The translations under genes were made by a program, and so were the position numbers. From NCBI GenBank assembly GCA_947576945.1, contig CANPTH010000023.1:5050-37049 (forward strand): a DNA stretch of 32,000 bases. Direction: 5' to 3'. Positions 23,912 to 32,000 of this stretch are shown here, piece after piece; the stretch's first letter is position 1, and each line of letters opens with the position of its first letter. Below the pieces are notes generated by a model. That model was not told the origin of the DNA and made no database searches. It saw only the letters and a program-made list of their open reading frames with translations. This DNA comes from an uncultured Lachnospiraceae bacterium. GTDB taxonomy: Bacteria; Bacillota; Clostridia; Lachnospirales; Lachnospiraceae.

Positions 23912-25783
23912 ATGGAGCAATTATATACTCGCTGGGGACGCAGTCTCGATCCGGAACATGTGCTGCCGGAATATCCAAGGCCCCTTCTGCAGCGGCAAAG
24001 TTATATAAATCTAAACGGATATTGGGAGTATGCTGTTACCGGCAAATTCCGCAGGCCCAGATCCTTTGACGGCAGGATCCTGGTTCCCTTTTCACCGGAA
24101 AGCATTCTCTCCGGCGTTGGCAGACAGCTTCAGCCGGACGAATATCTCTGGTACAGAACCATGCTGTCGCTGCAAGCAGACAAACTGCAGGCAGGATTTC
24201 GTCTGCTTCTGCATTTTGGTGCAGTAGACCAGGCCTGCCGGGTGTATATCAACGGCCGGGAAGTTACACGGCACACAGGCGGCTATCTGCCTTTTTCCGC
24301 CGATATCACGGAATACTGTCGAAAACCGCTGCATACGTTGCCAAATAACTCTGTCGGCAGTCGAGAACCAGATGGTTCCAAACACTGTCCCGTTGCCGTC
24401 CCATCTTCAAAAAATTCATCACCGGAACATACCGTCTGTCCGGAACTTCTTCTCGCCGTAAGGGATCTCAGCGATACCTCCTACCATGCCAGAGGCAAAC
24501 AGAAGCTGCGCCGGGGCGGCATGTTCTATACGGCACAGAGCGGTATCTGGCAGACGGTCTGGATGGAATATGTGCCGGAGCATTATGTGGAAGAAGTCCT
24601 TACCGCGCCGGATTTAAAGCACAGAACCGTACAGATCACGGTTCGTTCTTCCACAGATCTTCCGGTTACGGTACAGGTCAAAAGACCTGCCCTTTATCAG
24701 GATGAAAAAGAAACCACCATAAATGCACAGAAAGCTGCCCAGGAAATCATTGCCGGGGCAGACGGCCGTGCCAACCAAGCAATAACTCTTTCACTCCCGG
24801 TCATTCGGCCCTGGACCTGTGACACCCCCTATCTATACTATGTTACGGTCACAATGGGAGAAGATACTGTTGAGAGCTATTTCGCCCTGCGTGATTTTAC
24901 CTTAATACCGGATCAGAATGGCATTCCACGAATCTGTTTAAACGGGCAGGAACAGTTTCAGAACGGTGTCCTGGATCAGGGTTACTGGCCCGATGGATTG
25001 TATACGGCCCCGGCCGATGCTGCCTATATCTTTGATATTACCGAAATGAAAAAAATGGGCTTCACCATGCTGCGAAAACACATCAAAATCGAGCCGCAGC
25101 GATGGTACTACCACTGCGACCGTCTTGGCATGATCGTATGGCAGGATATGGTAAACGGCGGCAGTTCCTATAAACACTGGTTCGTCACCTATGCGGCAAC
25201 TCTTTTTTCCAGAAAAAAATTGTGGATACCGGATAACTGCCTGCAGCTCCTGTCCCGCGTACACAGAGAAGGCCGGATGGAATTTATACGGGAAATGAAG
25301 GCTACGATCCGGCTTCTGAAAGGACACCCCAGCATTGCCATGTGGGTTCTTTTCAACGAGGGTTGGGGCCAATTCCATGCCGGACGCATCACGCAGATCG
25401 CAAGGAAATGTGATCCGAGCCGCCTGATCGACCAGGCAAGCGGCTGGTTTGATCAAAATGGCGGAGACCTGCAAAGCATCCACCACTATTTCTTTCAGAT
25501 GAAGTTTGCACCAGAGTCAAGGCGCGCCACCGTACTTTCGGAGTTCGGCGGCTACTCCATGCGGGTTCCCGGTCACAGCGCCTGTGACAGACTGTACGGC
25601 TATGGTATCTTTAAGGATACTGCCGGATTAAGAAAGGCCTTTAGGGAACGAATGCGAAAGGTGCAGGAACAGATTCCCCAGGGAATGTGTGCAAGCGTTT
25701 ATACGCAGTTATCTGATGTGGAGGAAGAAGTGAACGGAATTTTTACCTACGACAGAGAGATCAATAAGATAGCGCAGTCCTAA
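23912..25783 (+). CDS. Glycoside hydrolase family 2 protein (beta-galactosidase/beta-glucuronidase-like)
   Basis: The GH2 sugar-binding-domain pattern is present (LLHFGAVDQACRVYINGREVTRHTGGYLPFSADIT). The TIM-barrel region has LRKHIKIEPQRWYYHCDRLGMIVWQDM and the acid/base-type WVLFNEGWG. The RBS is AGGAGAAAACAT. Confidence 0.8.
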   Translation: MEQLYTRWGRSLDPEHVLPEYPRPLLQRQSYINLNGYWEYAVTGKFRRPRSFDGRILVPFSPESILSGVGRQLQPDEYLWYRTMLSLQADKLQAGFRLLLHFGAVDQACRVYINGREVTRHTGGYLPFSADITEYCRKPLHTLPNNSVGSREPDGSKHCPVAVPSSKNSSPEHTVCPELLLAVRDLSDTSYHARGKQKLRRGGMFYTAQSGIWQTVWMEYVPEHYVEEVLTAPDLKHRTVQITVRSSTDLPVTVQVKRPALYQDEKETTINAQKAAQEIIAGADGRANQAITLSLPVIRPWTCDTPYLYYVTVTMGEDTVESYFALRDFTLIPDQNGIPRICLNGQEQFQNGVLDQGYWPDGLYTAPADAAYIFDITEMKKMGFTMLRKHIKIEPQRWYYHCDRLGMIVWQDMVNGGSSYKHWFVTYAATLFSRKKLWIPDNCLQLLSRVHREGRMEFIREMKATIRLLKGHPSIAMWVLFNEGWGQFHAGRITQIARKCDPSRLIDQASGWFDQNGGDLQSIHHYFFQMKFAPESRRATVLSEFGGYSMRVPGHSACDRLYGYGIFKDTAGLRKAFRERMRKVQEQIPQGMCASVYTQLSDVEEEVNGIFTYDREINKIAQS

Positions 25784-26448
25784 AACTGCGCTGTAAATCT
25801 CTTCACATTATCTGTAATATCTCCATGGAACACTGCTGATCCGGACACCACCACATTGGCGCCCGCTTCCAGTACCACGTGTACATTGTCCTGACTGACT
25901 CCCCCATCCACCTGAATATCCAGGCTGACGCCCAGCTCGTCAGCCATCTCTCTCGCCCGCCTGATACGTTCCGTAGATTCCGGTATGTATTTCTGGCCGC
26001 CGAACCCCGGCTCCACTGTCATTACCAGCAGCATGTCGATCTTCGACAGATACTTTCTGACCACTTCGATCGGTGTCTTCGGTTTTACAGACATACCTGC
26101 CCGGCAGCCAAGGCTGTGGATCTGATCGATCAGTGCATCCGCATTCTCGGTGGCTTCCAGGTGAAAAGTGATACTGTCTGCTCCGCATTCTTTAAACTGC
26201 TTCACGTAGCGCTCCGGCTCCACGATCATCAGATGTACATCAAACACTTTATCCGTCACCCTGCGAATTGACTGGATCAACGGCATTCCAAAGGAGATTG
26301 ACGGCACAAACACACCGTCCATCACGTCAATATGAATGTATTCTGCTCCCGCCTCGGAAGCTTCTTTGATCTGTTCCCCTAGAATAGCAAAATCCGCTGC
26401 CAGAATAGAGGGCGACAAAATGTTTTTCCTTGTAAATTTCTCAGACAT
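25780..26448 (-). CDS. rpe: Ribulose-phosphate 3-epimerase
   Basis: Shows SPSILAADFAILGEQI, HIDVMDGVFVPSISFG, VHLMIVEPERY and MTVEPGFGGQKYI, which are canonical Rpe motifs. Confidence 0.95.
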   Translation of the reverse strand: MSEKFTRKNILSPSILAADFAILGEQIKEASEAGAEYIHIDVMDGVFVPSISFGMPLIQSIRRVTDKVFDVHLMIVEPERYVKQFKECGADSITFHLEATENADALIDQIHSLGCRAGMSVKPKTPIEVVRKYLSKIDMLLVMTVEPGFGGQKYIPESTERIRRAREMADELGVSLDIQVDGGVSQDNVHVVLEAGANVVVSGSAVFHGDITDNVKRFTAQF

Positions 26449-26577
26449 TATCCTAATTCCTTATCCTATAGCTAACGACATTATAAATTTCGCTTTCATC
26501 CCTGTAAAAGCTTCCGTATATAACTTCTCAGCCACCGCCGCAGCGATGGCTGAGAATATAGAAAAGATGAAAAGCTA

Positions 26578-27519
26578 TTATTTTACAAACTTCTTCACAG
26601 CCTCGTAGATTCCCTTGCCGTCCAGTCCGTATTTCTCAACCAGCGCGCCGGCAGGACCCGACTCTCCGAAGACATCCTGCATACCGATCTTCAGAACAGG
26701 AGTCGGGCATTTCTCGCATAAGCAATCGCACACTGCGCTGCCCAGACCGCCGATCACGGAATGTTCTTCCGCGGTCACTACCTTGCCGGTCTTCTTCGCG
26801 GATGCCGTCACCAGTTCTTCATCCAGCGGCTTGATCGTATGGATATTGATCACTTCCGCACTGATGCCGTCGGCTTCCAGCTTCTGTGCCGCTTCCAATG
26901 CCGAAGCTACCGTGATGCCGCTGGCGATGATGGTCACGTCCTTGCCTTCTCTCAGGAGAACCCCCTTGCCCAGCTCAAATTTATAATCCTCTCTGTCGTT
27001 AATCACCGGCACCGCCGCACGACCGAAACGCAGATACACAGGACCTTCAAACTCGATCGCCGCCCTTACTGCCGCTTTCGCCTCCACATCATCCGAAGGC
27101 ACCACCACCGTCATACCCGGAACTGTCCTCATCAGAGCCACATCCTCATTACACTGGTGGGTTGCACCATCTTCCCCTACCGTGATGCCGGCATGGGTCG
27201 CACCGATCTTCACATTCAGATGGGGATAGCCGATGGAATTGCGAACCTGCTCAAAGTTCCGTCCAGCCGCAAACATGGCGAAGGAACTGATGAAGGGTAT
27301 CTTACCGCAGGTAGCAAGTCCGGCCGCAATTCCCGTCATATTACACTCTGCAATACCACAGTCAACATGGCGGTCCGGAAAAGCCTTCTGAAACACACCT
27401 GTCTTGGTAGCGCCTGCAAGATCTGCATCCAGGACTACCAGATTCGGGAAATCAGCACCACACTCGGCAAGTGCATTACCATAACTTTCGCGCGTAGCGA
27501 TCTTCTTAACGTCTGCCAT
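26578..27519 (-). CDS. tkt: Transketolase, C-terminal (pyrimidine-binding) subunit
   Basis: 313 aa showing TRESYGNALAE, GIAECNMTGIAAGLA and GEDGATHQ, as in split transketolases. Its start abuts the N-terminal subunit's stop codon; the two ORFs share base 27519. Confidence 0.9.
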   Translation of the reverse strand: MADVKKIATRESYGNALAECGADFPNLVVLDADLAGATKTGVFQKAFPDRHVDCGIAECNMTGIAAGLATCGKIPFISSFAMFAAGRNFEQVRNSIGYPHLNVKIGATHAGITVGEDGATHQCNEDVALMRTVPGMTVVVPSDDVEAKAAVRAAIEFEGPVYLRFGRAAVPVINDREDYKFELGKGVLLREGKDVTIIASGITVASALEAAQKLEADGISAEVINIHTIKPLDEELVTASAKKTGKVVTAEEHSVIGGLGSAVCDCLCEKCPTPVLKIGMQDVFGESGPAGALVEKYGLDGKGIYEAVKKFVK

Positions 27520-28358
27520 TAGTTTGCACCTCCTAATTCTTCACCGATCTTCGTAAGATCAGCCATTGCCACCGCATATTCTTCATCGTTGGGAGCCTTG
27601 CCATGCCAGCCTGCGCTGTTCTCCATAAAGGAAACACCTTTACCCTTTACCGTCTTGCAGATGATGGCTGTGGGCATTCCTTTGGTCGCTCTGGCCTCTT
27701 TAAATGCCGCATCAATCTGATCAAAATCATTGCCGTCAATGTTGATCACATGGAAATTAAATGCCTCAAATTTCTTATCAATCGGATAGGGAGAACATAC
27801 GTCATCGATTTTACCGTCAATCTGCAGCCCGTTATTGTCTACAATCACTACCAGATTATCCAGCTTCCGGTGTCCTGCGAACATGGAAGCCTCCCAGACC
27901 TGGCCTTCCTGAATCTCACCGTCGCCCAGCAATGTGTAAACTCTGTAGTCTTTGTTATCCATCTTAGCCGCCAACGCCATACCTACCGCCGCGGAAATCC
28001 CCTGTCCCAGCGAACCGGAAGACATATCCACACCCGGAGTCTCCTGCATGCAGGGATGTCCCTGCAGATAGGATCCCAGATGACGCAGTGTAGGAAGATC
28101 TTCCACCGGGAAATATCCTCTGTTCGCCAAAGTGGAATACAGTCCCGGCGCCGTATGACCCTTGGAAAGTACGAAACGGTCTCTGTCCGCCTTCTTAGGA
28201 TCCTTCGGATCTACATTCATCTCTTCGAAATAGAGATATGTAAATATGTCCGCTGCGGATAAGGATCCGCCCGGATGTCCCGCTTTAGCGCCATGCACTG
28301 CGGTAACGATTCCCTTGCGAACTTCATTAGCTGTTTTCTGTAACTCTAATTTGTTCAT
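27519..28358 (-). CDS. tkt: Transketolase, N-terminal (TPP-binding) subunit
   Basis: Shows AKAGHPGGSLSAADIF, SKGHTAPGLY and GDGEIQEGQVWEA. The start is ATG 28358 after GGAGGGCAAG. The track's 28 extra codons are probably 5' UTR. Confidence 0.9.
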   Translation of the reverse strand: MNKLELQKTANEVRKGIVTAVHGAKAGHPGGSLSAADIFTYLYFEEMNVDPKDPKKADRDRFVLSKGHTAPGLYSTLANRGYFPVEDLPTLRHLGSYLQGHPCMQETPGVDMSSGSLGQGISAAVGMALAAKMDNKDYRVYTLLGDGEIQEGQVWEASMFAGHRKLDNLVVIVDNNGLQIDGKIDDVCSPYPIDKKFEAFNFHVINIDGNDFDQIDAAFKEARATKGMPTAIICKTVKGKGVSFMENSAGWHGKAPNDEEYAVAMADLTKIGEELGGAN

Positions 28359-28623
28359 CTTGCCCTCCATGCCGGAGCATTTTTTGCGGAAGCCGCCAGT
28401 CAAATCCGGCCCTGCGGTTCCAGGTTTGTGGCTCCGGCACAAACCTGTGATTGATAAAACAGCACTTCTGTGCGGCCTTCCAATCTTATCTTCCGTCTGT
28501 TTATTAAAATTGTTTCACAATATCCCTGTGGCCCATGTCAGTCTACACAAGCCGCGATACAATTTTATCAGTATTGTACCACAAATAATGATAGTTCACT
28601 ATATAATTTTCAAATTTTAGAAA

Positions 28624-29322
28624 TCATTCTCCCTGCCCATAATAAGCATTCGCGCCATGCTTTCTGTAGTAATGCTTATCCTGCAGTTCCTGGGGTGCAG
28701 GCTGGATTCTGGCCTCGATAGCCTCCGCACGGTACGCCATCTTGGCAACCTCCTCCAGAACTACCGCATTGTGTACGGCCTCATGGGCATCCCTGCCCCA
28801 TGCAAAAGGACCATGGTTCTTGCACAGCACAGCCGGCACCGCCGACGGATCTTTGCCAAGCCCTGCAAATTCATTGACGATCAGGCGTCCGGTATTCTTC
28901 TCATAAGCCGCCTCGATCTCCTCCGCACTCAGACATCTGAGACAGGGAATCTCCCCGTAAAAATAATCCGCATGCGTAGTACCATAGCAGGGAATGCTGC
29001 GTCCCGCCTGCGCCCAGCTGGTAGCATAAGAGGAATGGGTATGTACCACACCGCCGATTTCCTTGTATGCCTTGTATAATTCCACGTGCGTTGCCGTATC
29101 GGAGGAGGGATTATATCTGCCTTCTACCTTATTGCCATCCAGATCCACCAATACCATGTCCTCCGGTGTCAGCCTGTCATAGTCCACACCACTGGGTTTG
29201 ATCGCAAAAATGCCGCTCTCCCTGTCGATCTCACTGACGTTTCCCCAGGTAAAAGTAACCAGACCGTACTTTGGAAGCAGCATATTCGCTTCATAGACCC
29301 GTTGCTTTAATTCCTCTAACAT
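28624..29322 (-). CDS. araD: L-ribulose-5-phosphate 4-epimerase
   Basis: It belongs to the class II aldolase/adducin family: [24 protein letters not shown], and HTHS..AT with zinc-ligand histidines. It sits in an ara context. Confidence 0.85.
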   Translation of the reverse strand: MLEELKQRVYEANMLLPKYGLVTFTWGNVSEIDRESGIFAIKPSGVDYDRLTPEDMVLVDLDGNKVEGRYNPSSDTATHVELYKAYKEIGGVVHTHSSYATSWAQAGRSIPCYGTTHADYFYGEIPCLRCLSAEEIEAAYEKNTGRLIVNEFAGLGKDPSAVPAVLCKNHGPFAWGRDAHEAVHNAVVLEEVAKMAYRAEAIEARIQPAPQELQDKHYYRKHGANAYYGQGE

Positions 29323-29386
29323 CTTACTTTGTCACACCTTTCTTTTTCTGAAATTCTGTTTTCTTTTTTCTGTTCGCACAGCTGAT

Positions 29387-30976
29387 TTAAATACTTTCCA
29401 CTGCCGCTCTCTCAATAGCCAGACCTGCACTGTAGCGCTTCATAAAGGCATCGAATCCCTCTACATCCTTCTGCGCCGGATCCAGCTTCTCGCCCTTCTG
29501 TCCGGCAAATACTTTACTGTTCAGGAACCGGGCAAGACTTTCGCCCGCCTCCTTATTGACCATGTAGGAAGCCAGCAGTGCGATTCCCCATGCACCGCCT
29601 TCTCCGGCTGTCTCCATCACGCTCACCGGTGCATTCATGGCGGCCGCCAGGACACTCTGTCCCACACCTTTGGTCTTAAACAGGCCGCCATGGCCCAGGA
29701 TCTCGTCCACCTGTACTTCCTCTTCCCTGAAGAGGATATCAAAACCGGTCTTCAACGCACCCAATGAGGTAAACAGATGCACCCTCATAAAGTTCGCCAG
29801 ATTAAATTTCGCATCCGGTGTGCGCACAAACAGCGGCCGCCCCTCGTTAAAGCCGGTCACATGTTCACCGGAGAAATAATTGTACGCCAGCAGGCCGCCG
29901 CAGTCGTCGTCCCCTTCCAGAGCCTTACGATAGAGATTGCCATACAGCTCGTTCATATCCACTTTCTGCCCCATCAGCTCGGAATACTCTTTGAAAAGGT
30001 TCACCCACGCATTCAGATCCGAGGTACAGTTATTGCAATGCACCATGGCTACCAGACTGCCATCCGGCGTGGTCACCAGATCGATGGCATCATATACCTT
30101 CGACAGCTCCTTCTCCAGCACGATCATACCGAAAACACTGGTTCCGGCAGACACATTACCGGTACGTTTCGCCACACTGTTGGTAGCCGCCATACCCGTG
30201 CCCGCGTCACCTTCCGCCGGGCAGACAGGCACGCCCGCCTCCAGCGTCCCCGTAGGATCCAACAGTTTCACGCCTTCTGCCGTCAACACGCCCGCCTGTT
30301 GTCCCGCCGTATTGACTGCCGGCAGAACTTCCTGCACCTTCCACGCATAGCCTTTCTTGGCCACCGCCTCATTAAACTGCGCGATCATCTTCTCGTTAAA
30401 CTGTCCTGTGGCAATATCAATCGGGAACATACCGGACGCTTCCCCCACACCGACGATCTTCTCACCGGTCAATCTCCAATGGATATAGCCTGCCAGTGTG
30501 ATCACGAATTTCAGATCCGCCACATGCTCTTCTCCGTTCAGAATAGCCTGATAAAGATGCGCGATGGTCCATCTCTGGGGAATATGATACCGGAACAGTT
30601 CCGTCAGCTTATTGGAAGCCTCCTCCGTAATCGTATTCCTCCAGGTCCGGAAAGGCACCATCAACTCATCCTTCTCATTAAATGCCATATACCCATGCAT
30701 CATGGCGCTGAACCCGATTGCACCCAGCTTCGTCAATTTCTCACCGTACTGCTCCTGCACATCCTCCGTCAGCTTCCGATAGCAGTCCTGCAGTCCCGAC
30801 CAGATATCCTCCAGACTGTAAGTCCAGATGCCGTTCTCCAGCCGGTTCTCCCAGTCATGCGCCCCCGACGCGATCGGCTGATTGTTCTCATCCACCAGCA
30901 CAGCCTTGATCCTGGTAGATCCGAATTCGATTCCCAGAACCGCTCTGCCGCCGGCAATACATTCTTTTGCTCCCAT
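29387..30976 (-). CDS. FGGY-family carbohydrate kinase. Context suggests a ribulokinase, but it is not the enterobacterial AraB type.
   Basis: It has the N-terminal actin-like ATPase motif [16 protein letters not shown] and is 529 aa long. It lies between araA and araD on the same strand. Confidence 0.7.
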   Translation of the reverse strand: MGAKECIAGGRAVLGIEFGSTRIKAVLVDENNQPIASGAHDWENRLENGIWTYSLEDIWSGLQDCYRKLTEDVQEQYGEKLTKLGAIGFSAMMHGYMAFNEKDELMVPFRTWRNTITEEASNKLTELFRYHIPQRWTIAHLYQAILNGEEHVADLKFVITLAGYIHWRLTGEKIVGVGEASGMFPIDIATGQFNEKMIAQFNEAVAKKGYAWKVQEVLPAVNTAGQQAGVLTAEGVKLLDPTGTLEAGVPVCPAEGDAGTGMAATNSVAKRTGNVSAGTSVFGMIVLEKELSKVYDAIDLVTTPDGSLVAMVHCNNCTSDLNAWVNLFKEYSELMGQKVDMNELYGNLYRKALEGDDDCGGLLAYNYFSGEHVTGFNEGRPLFVRTPDAKFNLANFMRVHLFTSLGALKTGFDILFREEEVQVDEILGHGGLFKTKGVGQSVLAAAMNAPVSVMETAGEGGAWGIALLASYMVNKEAGESLARFLNSKVFAGQKGEKLDPAQKDVEGFDAFMKRYSAGLAIERAAVESI

Positions 30977-31087
30977 ACCGTACCTCCGTTTTATATAGAC
31001 TCTTTATCCACTATACTACATATATGTGTCCAAGACAATGTACCGCTGTCCATTTACACACAAATTAAAAGCAGCGAGGGGCTTCCG

Positions 31088-32000
31088 TTACGCGCGAAAT
31101 GCCGCCTCATTCCACCGCAGTTCATTCTTAAAGTTCCGGATCGTCGTATCCTGATCGATCACGACGCTCTCAATCCCCATGGCTGCCGCCCAGTCAACCA
31201 TCTGATCCACCGTCAGGTCGTAGGAGAACGCGGTATGATGTGCGCCGCCTGCCAGAATCCAGGCTGTCGCGCCCACTTCCATATTCGGCTGCGGTGTCCA
31301 GTATGCCGTACCTACCGGCAGTTTCGGCATGGGCTTCTCCACCTTCTTACAGTCAACCGCATTGATCAGCAGACGGAATCTGGTGCCCAGATCAACCAGA
31401 GAACATGCCACTGCGGGGCCGGTCTTGGATGTAAACACAAGACGGGCAGGATCTTCTCTGTTCCCCATGGAAAGCGGACAGACTCTGATACCGACTTCAC
31501 CCTCCGCAACGGACGGACATACCTCCAGCATATGCGCCTGCAGAATGCCTTCCCTGCCGGGCACCAGATTGTAGGTGTAATCTTCCATCAAAGAAGTTCC
31601 CTTCGCGTCCTTGATATCCGCAGTCATCAGTTTCATCATGCGAACCATCGCCGCCACTTTCCAGTCGCCTTCGGCGCCGAAACCGTAGCCTTTCTCCATC
31701 AGTCTCTGGATGGAAAGGCCCGGAAGCTGTTTGAGGCCGCCCAGCATATTGAAATGCGTCACCACCGCATGATAGTCATTCTCTGTAAGGAATTTCTCGA
31801 TACCGATCTCCTGCTGTGCCTGCACTGCCACATGCCGTCTGAATTCGTCGGCATCCCTGCCGTCGTCGATGATCTTATATCTGCTGTAATACTCTTCCAC
31901 CAGCGCATTCACCTCGCCCTGCGGAACCGCGTCCACATATTCCACTACATCATTGACACAGTAATGGTCGATCTCCCAGCCGAACTTGATCTGCGCTTCC
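31088..32000 (-). CDS. araA: L-arabinose isomerase, C-terminal ~304 codons; the 5' end lies beyond the right window edge
   Basis: LGGLKQLPGLSIQRLMEKGYGFGAEGDWKVAAMVRMMK matches the conserved AraA core. The frame stays open upstream of the track's GTG at 31945 (…EAQIKFGWEIDHYCVNDVV…), so the gene continues past 32000. Confidence 0.9.
   Translation of the reverse strand, partial: EAQIKFGWEIDHYCVNDVVEYVDAVPQGEVNALVEEYYSRYKIIDDGRDADEFRRHVAVQAQQEIGIEKFLTENDYHAVVTHFNMLGGLKQLPGLSIQRLMEKGYGFGAEGDWKVAAMVRMMKLMTADIKDAKGTSLMEDYTYNLVPGREGILQAHMLEVCPSVAEGEVGIRVCPLSMGNREDPARLVFTSKTGPAVACSLVDLGTRFRLLINAVDCKKVEKPMPKLPVGTAYWTPQPNMEVGATAWILAGGAHHTAFSYDLTVDQMVDWAAAMGIESVVIDQDTTIRNFKNELRWNEAAFRA

Noticed and set aside
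26761-28262. Antisense ORFs 26761-27522 (253 aa) and 27603-28262 (219 aa) opposite the transketolase subunits.
   Set aside because: The minus strand encodes unmistakable transketolase motifs. The plus-strand products are Arg/His-rich nonsense.
1-32000. A search by eye for CRISPR arrays, tRNA/rRNA genes, transposases, integrases, reverse transcriptases and toxin-antitoxin pairs.
   Set aside because: I saw no regularly spaced direct repeats, tRNA T-arm signatures (GGTTCGAATCC-like) or recognisable mobile-element enzymes in any listed ORF. A hand scan cannot fully exclude small RNAs.

Overview
The gene content and codon style fit a Firmicutes/Clostridia chromosome, probably Lachnospiraceae-like, though I cannot confirm this without a search. 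Most genes are on the minus strand.

Ordinary content, left to right:
- A copper module: csoR and a partial copA, with a CsoR operator placed inside a near-consensus promoter.
- A c-di-GMP pair (a GGDEF cyclase and an HD-GYP protein) with a YesL-like membrane protein between them.
- A GNAT acetyltransferase, ldhA, a small membrane-anchored protein and an alpha/beta hydrolase.
- metG behind a T-box leader, then map.
- A MATE efflux gene and a GH2 glycosidase.
- An arabinose/pentose-phosphate operon: araA (partial), FGGY kinase, araD, split transketolase, rpe.

Two regions are not explained by textbook annotation.

1. 11.57-14.56 kb holds a three-gene minus-strand cluster of uncharacterised envelope proteins. 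One is a membrane-anchored coiled-coil protein with a VENQLGT heptad array. The other two are secreted paralogs, and the longer one carries a Cys/His-rich module and an Ig-like tail.

2. 15.8-22.2 kb is an AT-rich accessory island in which everything comes in pairs.
- There are two tandem XRE regulators with duplicated leaders.
- There are two tandem BlaI/BlaR1-type repressor and M56 protease-sensor modules, whose small C-terminal domain is not PBP-like.
- The two BlaI proteins differ at one residue, although I counted about 30 nucleotide differences between the genes.
- There are two oppositely oriented copies of a ~140-150 nt palindromic element. They share an 81-nt core with 4 differences, and one copy has perfect 31-bp terminal inverted repeats. 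Together they bracket one BlaI/BlaR1 module.

I saw no rRNA, tRNA, CRISPR array, transposase or integrase. All calls rest on reading the sequence and the ORF track by eye; no database search was possible.
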